Positions 51,828 to 62,509 of a DNA stretch of 64,000 bases are shown here, one piece after another; position 1 is the stretch's first letter, and every line of letters starts with the position of its first letter. Location: positions 62,821 to 126,820 of the IMG/VR virus record IMGVR_UViG_3300037316_000027. The stretch is one strand, 5' to 3'. This stretch comes from a virus. A program made the position numbers and the translations under genes. The notes under the pieces were generated by a model that searched no databases, was not told where the DNA came from, and saw only the letters and a list, made by a program, of their open reading frames with translations.

Positions 51828-52463
51828 ATGGCAACCAACGACACCACTGCGCCCAAAAAGGGCTCCCGCCTGCTCACCCCGAAATTCCGCGTGAGCTTTC
51901 CCCAAGTCTTCGAAAAATCTTCGTACAACAACGGGACGCTGCGCTATTCGCTCGTCGGCCTGTTCTATCCGAAGGCGTTCACCGAAGCGGACAAGCTGAA
52001 GTGGCAGGCCATTCGGTCGAAGCTCGGCGAAGTCTGTCAGGAGTTCTTCAAGAAGGACATCAAGACGATGAAGGAGGATCGCTCCTTCAAAATCCCGTTC
52101 CACAAGGGAAGCGAGAAGACCTATCAGGGCTACGGCGATCCGGACATGGTGTTCTTTTCCATGGCCAACTCGAAGCGCCGGCCGCAAATTCTTGACGTGA
52201 AGGGCAACCCGATCACGTCGGAAAATTCGGAAGAGTTCTATGCTGGATGCTGGGCTCGCGCCTCCGTCAACCCCTACGCCTTTGACAACATCGGCAAGGG
52301 TCTGGCGATCGGTCTGGGCAACATCCAGAAGCTCGGCGATGACGAAAGCTTCGAAGGCTTCACGTCGGCCGAGGATGACTTCGGCGACGATCCGGCCGAG
52401 GGCTTCACTGACGGAACCGACGACGACGACTTCGGCGGCGTCGGCGACGATCCGACCGCGTAA
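51828..52463 (+). CDS. DUF2815 phage single-stranded DNA-binding protein (gp2.5-like)
   Basis: RVSFPQVF, FYAGCWARASV..GLGNIQKLGDDE, acidic tail; AAGGA SD. Confidence 0.9.
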   Translation: MATNDTTAPKKGSRLLTPKFRVSFPQVFEKSSYNNGTLRYSLVGLFYPKAFTEADKLKWQAIRSKLGEVCQEFFKKDIKTMKEDRSFKIPFHKGSEKTYQGYGDPDMVFFSMANSKRRPQILDVKGNPITSENSEEFYAGCWARASVNPYAFDNIGKGLAIGLGNIQKLGDDESFEGFTSAEDDFGDDPAEGFTDGTDDDDFGGVGDDPTA

Positions 52464-52808
52464 ACCGGAACCGCTGGCAACGGGAAATCAGCCACTCAGC
52501 CGCCAGCGCACGGGGCGCGATGTCGCAAAACGATGTCGCGCCCCAACCATTTGACAACGCTGCCCGGAGTGCTATCGAACGTGCTCCGCCAATGGAGTGT
52601 CCCACCTTATGTCTCATCCTGCCGTCGAAACAAAAATCGAACTCGTCACAGAGGCCGTCGAGGCTCTGACGCTAGCGACTGTTGTCGCCACTCTCCCGTC
52701 TCGTAATCCAGAAGAGCAAAGGGCCAATCACCAGAACGTTGTTGACGCGCGCACTACACTATCCAGCGCGCTTCGGGCGTTGCTGGCTCCGACACTCCGC
52801 CTCGTTGC

Positions 52809-55106
52809 ATGATCACGATCGACTTCGAAACGCGTAGCGTTGCCGACCTTATACGTTGGGGTCAGCGGCGCTATGCGCTCGATGTCAGCACGCAAGCTCT
52901 CTGCCTCGCATGGGCGTTCGATCAGGAAGAGAAAGTCTATCTCTGGCATCGCTGGCACTATGATCCTGTCACCGATACGGCGTGGACAGAGGCCGGCGGC
53001 GACGATCCGGATGAATTGATCCGGCGCATTCGCGACGGCGAGCCAATCGAAGCGCACAATGCGGGCTTCGAGTACAACATCTGGAATGAATGCCTCACGA
53101 AAGAATTCCCCGAATTCGATGTCAAGATCGAGCTAGAGCAACTGCATTGTTCGGCTGCGAAGGCATCGTGCTTCTCTCTGCCGCGATCGTTGGAGGGGGC
53201 GATCGATGCTCTCGGCCTGCCCGATAAGAAGATCGCGGACGGCAAGCGGCTGATCAACAAGCTCTCGAAGCCGATGGCCCGGCGCAAGGTCAATGGTGTG
53301 CTGCCTCCGATCAGGTTTAGTGAAGAGGAAATCGAGCACCGTCGTAACTGGGAATACTGCAAACAGGACGTGCGAGCCGAGCGTGGCCTGTCCAACTTCT
53401 GTCCAGAGATGACGCCGCGCGAGCGCGAATACTGGATGATGGACTTCCGCATGAACCTGCGCGGCATCGCGCTTGACATCCCGGCGGCTAGGGAGGGGTT
53501 TGACTACGCGGCCGAAGAGGCCATCCGCCTCAACAGCAAACTGAAAGACATTACGGCTGGCAAGGTTGAGAAAGGCTCGCAGCGGGCCGTGCTTTTGAAG
53601 TGGGCAAACGGCAAGCTGGCGGAGTTCGGGGCCGAACCGCTGGCGAATACCAAAGCTGACACGCTGAGCTTTGCTCTTGACGGCGTCCCGACGAAGGCCG
53701 GTGACGAAGCGCGCGAGGCTGCCTATGATGCCAGTCGCGAGAAGTGGGACGCGTTCGGGCCAGAAGGCGAGCACGTCGAGAACGCGCTACGCATCTGCAT
53801 GGAAGTCAACCGATCGTCGGTCGCCAAGTACAAACGCATGCTCCAGAGCGTGTGCCCTGACGACCGTCTGCACGACATCATGCTCTACAACGGGGCCGAT
53901 CGCACTGGCCGCTGGTCCGGTAAGGGCGTGCAGCCGCACAACTTCGTGCGTGGCTACGGTCCCGCCTATCCCCACGACGCCCCCGAAGACGAAATGTGCG
54001 ATGCGTGGAATGACATCATGGGGCTCGACCACGACCTGATCACCGTGATGTGGGGCGAGCCGATGGTGATGCTCGCCAAGGCCTGCCGTGGGGCGCTAGT
54101 GGCGTCGCCGGGCAAGGAGCTGTATGCGGCCGACTTCAATGCGATCGAAGCCCGCAAGCTCGCATGGCTCTCCGGCTGCGCTGCCATGCTGGCGAAGTTC
54201 GTCCCGGGTCAGGACATCTACTGCGACATGGCGACGGGCATCTACGGACGCCTGATCACAAAGGCCAACAAGATCGAGCGCGGGCTGGGCAAGAAGGCCG
54301 TCTTGGGTCTCGGCTACGCGATGGGTTGGGAGAAATTCCAAGCGACGGTCTGGAATGAAGAGGGCATATGGCTTGACGATGAGTTCTGTCAGATGGTCGT
54401 CAGGGTTTACCGCAAGGATAAGTACCCTGAAGTCCCAACACTCTGGCGCGACAGTGAGAGGGCGGCGATCTCGGCCGTGCTCGATCCCGGCGGCGTGTAT
54501 CCCTGCGGCGGCGACGCGTTTGGTATCGGGTCCGTCAGCTACTTCATGTCGGACGACAAAAACTTCCTGCATTGCCGTCTGCCGAGCGGCCGGCTGCTGG
54601 CCTATCTCTATCCCCAAGTGCGTCAACGCGTCACGTACCGCTTCGCCGCTCTCAATGAGCGCGGGCGACCGACCACGGTCAATTTCCCCGCGAAGAAGAG
54701 CGTTCCTCAGCATCGCGTGCGCTGGCATGCGGAGAAGCTGGCGGAGAAGCAACGCAAGACGCTGCTGCCGGACCCGCCGGAGAGTTTCATCTCCCCGCAC
54801 CTGTCATTCATGGGCCGCGATACATACACTAAGCAGTGGAAGCGGTGCGGCACGCACGGCGGTTCCCTCGTTGAAAACTACGATCAGGCATCGTCCCGAG
54901 ACCTTCTCGCGGAGGCGATGCTTCGCGTCGATGAACTGCCCGAGTTCGATTTGTTACTTTCCATCCATGACGAAGTCATTGCGGAGGCCGAAATTGGCAC
55001 TTGCATGGTTAACGAGTTTGAGGCTATCATGTCGGTGGTGCCAAACTGGGCACCGGGTATGCCGATCACGGCGGAGGGCTGGATCGGGCCGCGTCTAAGA
55101 AAGTAA
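52809..55106 (+). CDS. polA: Family A DNA polymerase with 3'-5' exonuclease domain
   Basis: IDFETRS, AHNAGFE, YCKQDV; TGRWSG; motif A ADFNAIEAR, motif B RGLGKKAVLGLGY, motif C IHDE. Confidence 0.95.
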   Translation: MITIDFETRSVADLIRWGQRRYALDVSTQALCLAWAFDQEEKVYLWHRWHYDPVTDTAWTEAGGDDPDELIRRIRDGEPIEAHNAGFEYNIWNECLTKEFPEFDVKIELEQLHCSAAKASCFSLPRSLEGAIDALGLPDKKIADGKRLINKLSKPMARRKVNGVLPPIRFSEEEIEHRRNWEYCKQDVRAERGLSNFCPEMTPREREYWMMDFRMNLRGIALDIPAAREGFDYAAEEAIRLNSKLKDITAGKVEKGSQRAVLLKWANGKLAEFGAEPLANTKADTLSFALDGVPTKAGDEAREAAYDASREKWDAFGPEGEHVENALRICMEVNRSSVAKYKRMLQSVCPDDRLHDIMLYNGADRTGRWSGKGVQPHNFVRGYGPAYPHDAPEDEMCDAWNDIMGLDHDLITVMWGEPMVMLAKACRGALVASPGKELYAADFNAIEARKLAWLSGCAAMLAKFVPGQDIYCDMATGIYGRLITKANKIERGLGKKAVLGLGYAMGWEKFQATVWNEEGIWLDDEFCQMVVRVYRKDKYPEVPTLWRDSERAAISAVLDPGGVYPCGGDAFGIGSVSYFMSDDKNFLHCRLPSGRLLAYLYPQVRQRVTYRFAALNERGRPTTVNFPAKKSVPQHRVRWHAEKLAEKQRKTLLPDPPESFISPHLSFMGRDTYTKQWKRCGTHGGSLVENYDQASSRDLLAEAMLRVDELPEFDLLLSIHDEVIAEAEIGTCMVNEFEAIMSVVPNWAPGMPITAEGWIGPRLRK

Positions 55107-55118
55107 AGGGGCAGCGCC

Positions 55119-55337
55119 ATGGCAGAAGTTCTTGGAGCCGACGAATTGCAGATCGAGTTGTTCGAGGATACGGAAGCAACCGAGTACAGCATCGAAACCA
55201 ATATCGACGACGGCGCTTTCCGTCTTCAATTCCACAACGAGGAAGGCGTCTTGAGCAGCTTCACGTCGGACAGTGCCGGGGCATACGAACTTGCGCATCG
55301 CATTCTGCGGGCGTTTGACAAACTCGAAGGGCTATGA
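55119..55337 (+). CDS. Small acidic protein containing QIELF
   Basis: ORF directly after the polymerase with SD. Confidence 0.65.
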   Translation: MAEVLGADELQIELFEDTEATEYSIETNIDDGAFRLQFHNEEGVLSSFTSDSAGAYELAHRILRAFDKLEGL

Positions 55338-55542
55338 AAAATGACAAAGGAACACGTACGCGCCTCAGTGAACGCCCGGATCAAAACTCATTATCAGCAG
55401 GATCAGGAACTTGCTGACAGGATTGGCCTCGGCAAAGTAGACCCCAACTCTGGGCTCAACAAGATACCGCTTCGGGTCAAAAGCGAAACTGTGTCGCCGA
55501 ACGAGCGACGCGAGACAATCATTAAAAACTAGGAGCTACCTT

Positions 55543-56442
55543 ATGTCCCCCAAAGCCATCGGCGAAGGCATGTCCCCCGTGGACGTGTCGTACAAGGATT
55601 TCAATCCGAGCAATATCACTCAGGCAGACGACGCGGTGATCCTGAAGACTGACACAGTTTATCGGGCCGCAACGTTCATTGAGACGTACACCGGCCGTGC
55701 GTTCTGGCCCCTGCACCCGACAATGGATGCGCTGTCCGTCATCGACATCGCGCATGCGCTGAGTAATCAATGCCGCTACTCCGGGCACGTGCAGTTTTTC
55801 TATTCGGTCGCTCAGCATTGCTGCCTGCTGGCATCGTGGCTCGCCAATCACGGAGGCTCTCCGCTCGAATGCCTTCAGATTTTGATGCATGACGCACCCG
55901 AAGCCTATCTCGTGGATATCCCGCGTCCGGTCAAGCAATACATGCCTCAGTACCGCGTCTGGGATCACGCGATCAATGACGTGATCCGCGAGTGGATGGG
56001 CTGGAAGGATTTGCCCATCCTGCCCATCCAAGACGAACTCGACAGCCGCATCATTGTTGACGAGCGGGCCGCGCTCATGTCGCGGAGCGGTCTCGACTGG
56101 GGCCACCATCTGGAGCCGGTCGGCATCGATATCGTACCGTGGACGCCGGCCGAAGCCGAGAAGCAATTTCTGATGATGTACGCCGCCTACTCGCAAGAGG
56201 TTTATGGCTCGTATCAGTACATCAACTACACGTGGAACCTGCCGGTCACGATCCTGCACGAGGCGAACAGCGACGTGCTGCAATCGCTTGACGTGATGGA
56301 AGTGGACGTGAAAGGCCGCGTAGGTCGCGTTCGTCTCCGTGACGACGAGGGCATCTTAGTGCGCGATACCACGGGCGGCGTCTTTCCGCGCCCTCAGTGG
56401 AAATGGGTTCACGGCGACTTCAAGATCACGGAACGGGGATGA
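55543..56442 (+). CDS. HD-domain 5'-deoxynucleotidase-like (YfbR/YfdR family)
   Basis: IDIAHALSNQCRYSGH..YSVAQH..LMHDAPEAYLVDIPRPVK. Confidence 0.88.
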   Translation: MSPKAIGEGMSPVDVSYKDFNPSNITQADDAVILKTDTVYRAATFIETYTGRAFWPLHPTMDALSVIDIAHALSNQCRYSGHVQFFYSVAQHCCLLASWLANHGGSPLECLQILMHDAPEAYLVDIPRPVKQYMPQYRVWDHAINDVIREWMGWKDLPILPIQDELDSRIIVDERAALMSRSGLDWGHHLEPVGIDIVPWTPAEAEKQFLMMYAAYSQEVYGSYQYINYTWNLPVTILHEANSDVLQSLDVMEVDVKGRVGRVRLRDDEGILVRDTTGGVFPRPQWKWVHGDFKITERG

Positions 56443-56816
56443 CCGTCCTAGAAGAGCTGCCAGCTCCAGAGACATTGCTGACCTACGCCAGCATCCTCGA
56501 AAAGCCGCAGTACGTCGTCCATAAAGGCAAGCGGCACCAGCTCGCGACGGGCGAGATAGTTGAAGCGGCGTGCGCGGCGCTTCGTATTTGCGCGCGGATT
56601 AAGATGGGGCAGTAAAAATGAGCTTCGAAAGGCCATCTAGGGGGCTACTGACTTTTCAGTGCGACGTGTGTTTTGAGACACATGAGTTCTCGAAAGCCGA
56701 GGGCGACGATATCAACAACTTCCACACGTGCTGGCGAGAGCTGCACGATGATGGGTGGACAATGAGCGGCACCGACCATCTTTGCCCGGACTGCTCGAAG
56801 ACAGCGAAGGCGGACC

Positions 56817-58364
56817 GTGACAACCCTTTCCGCCGATGAGCTGCTGGAGCTTCTAGGACCGGAGCCAGAGACGCCGCGCGTGGCGTGGGCGCATCAGGCT
56901 AAGGAATTCGACGAGCACAAGGACGACCGCTGTCGGGCGCTCCTGTGGTCCATGCGCACCGGCAAATCCAAATCCGTCATCGACAAGGCAGAGTACCAGT
57001 TCGGCGAGGGCGCGATCGAGGGTGTCATCGTGCTGGCCCCGAATGGCATTCATCTCAACTGGGTGCTCAACGAAATTCCGCGCTGGTCGTGGCCCGAAAA
57101 CGGTCAGCATATGGCTTTCGGATGGGAAGCACCTAAGCGAGCTGACTGGGACAAGGTCGCTGCGCTCAACGCGCTATGCGAGCATACGGGCGGCCTGAAG
57201 TGGTTCACGATTAACATGGAGGCCTTCGGCAGCAACGACGAAGCCACTCGCGCCGTGATCGCGGCGATCAAGCGGTTCAAGGTGTCCTGCAATAAGAAGT
57301 TCATGCTGGTGATTTCCGAGGCTCATCACTTCGGGCATGCAGGGGCGAAGCGCACGCGGCTGGCTCGCAATCTCGGTAAGGTTGCTCAATTCATCACACT
57401 GGAGACGGGCACCGCGATCCTGAATTCCCCGCTGCGCTGGTACTCCATGGCGAAGATCATGGACGACAACGCGCTCGGTCCGGAATTTCAGGGCGATTGC
57501 TATGAACAGTTCGTTCGCACCTTCGCGGAGTATGAGATCGACCCGAACGCGTCCCCGTTTCGTGCCAAGCGCCGCGCGTATAAAAAGCTCAAGGGCTACA
57601 AGAACCTCGATCGCATCCAGAGCATGATGGCCAATTACTCTTCGGTCGTGCTCCGCGAAGACATCGGAGACATGCCTGAGCTTCTCAACACCGAGCGCCT
57701 CGTAATCATGAGTGAGAAGCAGCGTCGGGCGTATCTGGAGATGGTCTCCCGACATCTCGTCGAGATCGAGACCGGCGAACAGATTACAGCGATCGACGCG
57801 GGCGCGCGGATGATGAAGCTCCAGCAAATCTTGAATGGGTACATCAAAAATGAAGACACTATCACCGAGATCGATCCCGACGCTCCGATCTATGACGCGC
57901 TTAGCGAAGAGGTTGGCGGCACGCTTCCCGGTAAGTCCATTGTCTGGTGCCGGTATCGAGAAGACATACGACGGGTATGCAAGCGGCTTAAGAGGGATGG
58001 TTACCAAGTCCTCGAATTCCACGGCGGCATCCCCACAGGCAAGCGTGAGGGTGTTCGGCTTGCTTTCCAGACCGACCCGCGCTATACCGTCCTTGTCGGA
58101 CAACCGGCGGCTGGCGGCGAGGGCAGAGATTTTAGTGCAGCGGATGCTATCATCTTCTTTTCAAGCACGCCCAACGCCATCCACTATGAGCAGGCCAAGG
58201 AGCGCGGAACGCTCGTCGCCGGCCATTCGGTTGGTATCGTCCGCATAAGAACGCCGGGCACGGTCGATGACCGCAACTGGCAGATCGTCGATGGGAAGGT
58301 TACGATGGCCGACACTGTCTCAGGGAGGGGTCTACGCGATCTCTTGATGCAAACCAATGTCTAA
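56817..58364 (+). CDS. SNF2-like superfamily 2 helicase
   Basis: MRTGKS, variant motif II SEAH, TGT, KLQQI, GGEG.DF, TVDD. Confidence 0.88.
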   Translation: MTTLSADELLELLGPEPETPRVAWAHQAKEFDEHKDDRCRALLWSMRTGKSKSVIDKAEYQFGEGAIEGVIVLAPNGIHLNWVLNEIPRWSWPENGQHMAFGWEAPKRADWDKVAALNALCEHTGGLKWFTINMEAFGSNDEATRAVIAAIKRFKVSCNKKFMLVISEAHHFGHAGAKRTRLARNLGKVAQFITLETGTAILNSPLRWYSMAKIMDDNALGPEFQGDCYEQFVRTFAEYEIDPNASPFRAKRRAYKKLKGYKNLDRIQSMMANYSSVVLREDIGDMPELLNTERLVIMSEKQRRAYLEMVSRHLVEIETGEQITAIDAGARMMKLQQILNGYIKNEDTITEIDPDAPIYDALSEEVGGTLPGKSIVWCRYREDIRRVCKRLKRDGYQVLEFHGGIPTGKREGVRLAFQTDPRYTVLVGQPAAGGEGRDFSAADAIIFFSSTPNAIHYEQAKERGTLVAGHSVGIVRIRTPGTVDDRNWQIVDGKVTMADTVSGRGLRDLLMQTNV

Positions 58365-58911
58365 GCACGTTGAGAAGTATCCGGGTCTGTACGCGGGCGC
58401 GAAGGCTGTCGGGATGCAGTACGTCACGGCTCTCAATCGCGCCCGGAAGGGCATGAGTGTCGCCGACGCGCTGGCGATGCCGGTTCGTCGATACGGGCAC
58501 ATCCGTCCGATCCCGTTGACAGTCACGCAGCGTCAGATCGCGCATACCGCGCGCTTTATGGACAAGATACATCGACAAGTCGCGGAAGCCCTCAGTCCGT
58601 CGCGAATGATCCGTAAACGTTACATTGTGCGCTCGAATGATACGTCTCCGGCTCATATCCGCCACCTGCGCGCTGCCTACTGCGCTCACTTCATCAAATT
58701 CGGCACGCTCGACGAGGGCATGTCAAAACAACTCAGGGACTACGCCCATGAATGTCGAACAGCTCAAAAGCATTCTCGACGAGTACCCGATGAGTATGCG
58801 GCTCACCGTGACGGTCCGGCAACAGGAGCTATTAGCGACAACGGTCGTCGAGTTGTTAAGCAAATTGATGACGCAACTGCCCGGAGCGTCGCTGACTTTC
58901 TTCGGGCGTAA
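58357..58911 (+). CDS. Hypothetical protein with one HTH-like unit related to the 50674 repeats
   Basis: AKAVGMQYVTALNRARKGMSVADALAMP. Confidence 0.5.
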   Translation: MSKHVEKYPGLYAGAKAVGMQYVTALNRARKGMSVADALAMPVRRYGHIRPIPLTVTQRQIAHTARFMDKIHRQVAEALSPSRMIRKRYIVRSNDTSPAHIRHLRAAYCAHFIKFGTLDEGMSKQLRDYAHECRTAQKHSRRVPDEYAAHRDGPATGAISDNGRRVVKQIDDATARSVADFLRA

Positions 58912-59617
58912 CGATTGCATCATCCGCGAACGCGTCGATCCGCACAACAACGCGCACGGCACACTGATCGTCAAGAGATGGCTTGAATTGGATTTGAGGT
59001 AGAGCACATGGCAAAGCATCTTCCCCTGATCACGCGGCTGACGCGCCAGATCGGCACGGCCGAGTATCCCAATGCGCGCGACGAAGCGGTCCGCATCCTG
59101 CGCGAGCGTGGTCATATAAAGCAAAATTCCGAAGAACTTACCGTAGAAGGTAAAAGGCGCGAAGCCATGGGGCCTGCCGGTCGCGCAATCGATCGAGCGG
59201 CGAAGCAGTCCGGGCGGCCGAAGAGTGACTACAAGTATGTCGGCGGAAGTCGGGCGGTGCTGAAGTGAGTGACGACTGGCGCAACCCTCCGCCTAGGACG
59301 AAGTACCGCATGATGTGGAAAGGCGAGTGGCGTCCGGTTCTCAACATGATTGACGCGAGCAACACGCCGACAACGTTGCCCGTGCGAGCGGCGAAGGCCG
59401 TGCTCTATGTCGCGCACCGACACGTGGTCGCGATCCCGGTTGGGCCGGCCGACATTTTGGAGAATGCCGACTATCGAACTTCCGCGTGGGAGACCATTGG
59501 CCCTGATCCCAGCGATGACGACGCCGATACGGACCATTAACCAACCGCCAACATCCCTCTTGACCTGGTTATGGATCACGCCTAGTTTCGTACCTGCAAC
59601 GCAAACAGGAGTAACCC

Positions 59618-60352
59618 ATGCGTGGACTTTCTGAAATACGTTCTACCAATGAAGACCCGTCTGCATCCTTTCGCTCGCGAGAACCGCAGCACGGCCACGT
59701 CGAGAGCGGTGACAAGAACATCTCTTTCGAAAGCAACATGGCGGAGAAGCGCCGCCGGGAAGAAACGGACGAGATCGAAAACTTGCTTCGCGATCTCGGT
59801 CACGCGACCGGCCATCGCACTCTCGCTGCCCGGACTAAGGAGCAGAATGCTCGCAAGGCCCTTCAGCAACTCGACGAGCTTTTCTTCACCGCCCTGCTGC
59901 TCGATCTCTTCGCCGCCAAGACGACGCGCGTCGAGCCCGAACATCAAGAGCGGGTCGAGAGCGCAATCGATGCGGAGCCTCCGTTCCTCGCGTTCTGGCG
60001 GAAGCTCAACGAGGGTCTGACTGCTGCCGGCAAATCGGAAGCGGCTTATGGCGATGCCAAGAGAGCGTTCCTTGGCGGACCGACGCCGGTCGGTGCCATG
60101 ACGTTCGTTGGTAAGGAGTGGAATGGCATTCGCGCCATTCCCTCTGCGCCGGTCAACTCTCTCGGCGGGGTCCGTCCCGCCTATCACGGCGAGTATTGCC
60201 GCGTGACCGATCACGGCACCATCTGGGACAAGGTCACGAACAAGCACGATCTCCCCATCGCCTATGCGCTCCCCGAAGCCGCACTCATTGCCGCGAAAGA
60301 TCGCCGCACTGAAATCGTGGCGACGGCTCGCGAGGCGACGGACAACAGTTAG
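59618..60352 (+). CDS. Hypothetical protein
   Basis: 244-aa ORF with AGGAG SD. Confidence 0.75.
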   Translation: MRGLSEIRSTNEDPSASFRSREPQHGHVESGDKNISFESNMAEKRRREETDEIENLLRDLGHATGHRTLAARTKEQNARKALQQLDELFFTALLLDLFAAKTTRVEPEHQERVESAIDAEPPFLAFWRKLNEGLTAAGKSEAAYGDAKRAFLGGPTPVGAMTFVGKEWNGIRAIPSAPVNSLGGVRPAYHGEYCRVTDHGTIWDKVTNKHDLPIAYALPEAALIAAKDRRTEIVATAREATDNS

Positions 60353-60485
60353 CCCGGCGAGGGCGTTTGCGATCGGCTTCGTCGGTCGGTGACGAAAGAT
60401 ATCCTGCGGGCCTCGCTAGCGGCTAAACGTCTTGCACCGTTCAAGGGTATTGAAGACGCGGCGGTAGGTCCCGTCGAGAGGCAAC

Positions 60486-60523
60486 CGGCCCGGCAGCGCC
60501 CAACGCGCGCCGGGCCGTTTGTT
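60486..60523 (+). terminator. Intrinsic terminator
   Basis: cggcccggc...gccgggccg followed by tttgtt. Confidence 0.6.
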
Positions 60524-60552
60524 ATACTCAATCCGCGAAAGTAGTATAACTC

Positions 60553-60705
60553 ATGCGGCAGCAGTGGATTTTTGGGCTCGTTTTGACCGTGTTCATTCTG
60601 GCGATGACGGTCGCGATTGTCATGATCCCCGGGCGCGACCATCAAACGCGCGATTACGAGTGGCGGACCCAGCACGAGAAATACCCCGCTGGCGACCGGG
60701 ATTAA
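60553..60705 (+). CDS. 50-aa single-TM protein (below the ORF-track cutoff)
   Basis: MRQQWIFGLVLTVFILAMTVAIVMIPGRD... Confidence 0.5.
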   Translation: MRQQWIFGLVLTVFILAMTVAIVMIPGRDHQTRDYEWRTQHEKYPAGDRD

Positions 60706-60717
60706 CCGCCTGTTAAC
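60702..60717 (+). promoter_or_regulatory. CtrA-type box upstream of the AAA ATPase
   Basis: TTAAccgcctgTTAAC. Confidence 0.65.
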
Positions 60718-60797
60718 CATTATCGCATTGGGTGCTTGCTCTTCTCCGGGAGAACATCTAGGTTCTGATCCATCGATCAACCCTACAGCACTAGGAA

Positions 60798-62474
60798 ATG
60801 CAAATGACCGCGACCAAGACCATCTCGAAAGGCCAGACTGCGGCTGCCGACGTTGCTTCACTTTTGCGCGCCCGCAACTCGTTGCTCTGGATCGTCACCC
60901 GTGAAGAGCATCGCGTCGAAGGCTTTCTGTTTGAAGCCGCTGCCGCTGCTGGCTACAAGACCATGTTCTGGGACGTAGCGCAGGGCGTCACCACGATCAA
61001 CGGTGAGCCTGCCAAGAACGGCAACCAGCCCATCGGTGGTGAGGACGTTGAAACGACGCTCGCCGCGATCCGTACTGCTTCCGATGTCAAGCCCAAGGCT
61101 GACGACAAAGGCAACCGCACGGTGTGGGTCATGCGCGATCTCCCCCGCTGGCTCGGCGACGGCATTGCCGGCGCGAAGCCGATGCGCCAGCTCCGCAATC
61201 TCTCGAAGCATCTCCCGCGCGTTGACCGCAAGTCGGCGCAAGCGATCATCATCCTGACCACGGAGAGCAACATCCCGGCCGATCTCGCCGGCCATGCGAC
61301 GGTCATCGAATGGCCGCTCCCGGATCGTTCGGAAATCGAAAAGGTGCTGACCGACGCAATCAACTCGTTGCCGGAGTACGAGACGGACAAGGAAACGGGC
61401 GAACCAATCTTGACGAAGCCCATCCGCTCGCTTGCTGCGACCCCGGAGACGCGTGAGACCGCGATTGACGCGGCGGTCGGTCTGACTTCGGACGAGGCTG
61501 CCTCATGCTTCGCCAAGTCGCTCGTGCAAACACGTGCGATCGACCCGGTCCTCGTGTCGAATGAAAAGAAACGAGTGATCGCCCGCGAGCGCGTGCTCGA
61601 ATGGATTGATCCCCTCAAGGAGGGGCTCGATGCAGTCGGCGGTCTCGATAACGTCAAGGCGTTTCTCAACGAGCGCAAGGACGCGTATACTCCGGCCGCA
61701 CGCGAGTACGGCCTGCCCGCTCCGAAGGGCATCGTGCTGACCGGCATGTCCGGCTGCGGAAAGACGCTTACCGCCAAGGCCCTCGCCACGGGCTGGAGCG
61801 TGCCTCTTCTGAGGCTCGATCTGGGCGCGCTCAAGGACAAGTTCGTCGGCGGGAGCGAAGGCAACCTCCGCAAGGCGCTAAAGGTGATCGAAGCCATTGG
61901 CCGTTGCGTGGTCCTGATCGACGAGATCGAGAAGGCGATGCAGGGTGCGACTTCTGGCTCCGCTGACGGCGGCGTCTCCGCCGATGCTCTCGGTACGATC
62001 CTGTCATGGATGCAGGATCATCCGGCCGGCGCTTTCATCATCGCGACTGCGAACGATGTCAGCTCGCTTCCGCCGGAGCTGCTGCGCAAGGGCCGTTTCG
62101 ACGAAGTGTTCTTTGTCGATTTGCCGAACGCAATCGAGCGCAAGGGCGTGCTCAAGGCCGCGCTCAAGGCCAACGGCCGCGACAAGGTCAAGATCAACTT
62201 CGGTGAAGTCGCTGACGCGACCGAGGACTTCACGGGCTCGGAAGTTGCCGAGCTGGTATCGACCGCCCTGTATGCGGGCTTCGCTGACAGTGTCCGCGAA
62301 ATCACAACCGAGGACTTGATCCTCGCCGCGTCCAAGGTCGTGCCGCTGGCGAAGACCAAGGCCGACAAGATGACTGAGCTGCGCAAGTGGGGTAAGGCCA
62401 ACGCTCGCCCGGCCACCAGTGCGACGAAGCTGGAAGTTGTTTCTGGCGGAAGTCGTCAGATCGATCTCGGCTAA
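60798..62474 (+). CDS. AAA+ ATPase (Ycf46-like: degenerate N-terminal plus active C-terminal AAA domain)
   Basis: Walker A GMSGCGKT, Walker B VLIDEIEK, ATAN, LPPELLRKGRFDE. Confidence 0.92.
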   Translation: MQMTATKTISKGQTAAADVASLLRARNSLLWIVTREEHRVEGFLFEAAAAAGYKTMFWDVAQGVTTINGEPAKNGNQPIGGEDVETTLAAIRTASDVKPKADDKGNRTVWVMRDLPRWLGDGIAGAKPMRQLRNLSKHLPRVDRKSAQAIIILTTESNIPADLAGHATVIEWPLPDRSEIEKVLTDAINSLPEYETDKETGEPILTKPIRSLAATPETRETAIDAAVGLTSDEAASCFAKSLVQTRAIDPVLVSNEKKRVIARERVLEWIDPLKEGLDAVGGLDNVKAFLNERKDAYTPAAREYGLPAPKGIVLTGMSGCGKTLTAKALATGWSVPLLRLDLGALKDKFVGGSEGNLRKALKVIEAIGRCVVLIDEIEKAMQGATSGSADGGVSADALGTILSWMQDHPAGAFIIATANDVSSLPPELLRKGRFDEVFFVDLPNAIERKGVLKAALKANGRDKVKINFGEVADATEDFTGSEVAELVSTALYAGFADSVREITTEDLILAASKVVPLAKTKADKMTELRKWGKANARPATSATKLEVVSGGSRQIDLG

Positions 62475-62485
62475 AAAGCAACTAC

Positions 62486-62509
62486 TCCCGGGGAATGGTC
62501 CCCGGGAGA
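62486..62509 (+). terminator. Stem-loop after the AAA gene
   Basis: ctcccgggga-atgg-tccccgggag; no U-tract. Confidence 0.45.

Noticed and set aside
57174-61897. Long antisense or alternate-frame ORFs over the helicase and AAA genes (and similar ones elsewhere)
   Set aside because: Shadow ORFs typical of high-GC coding DNA
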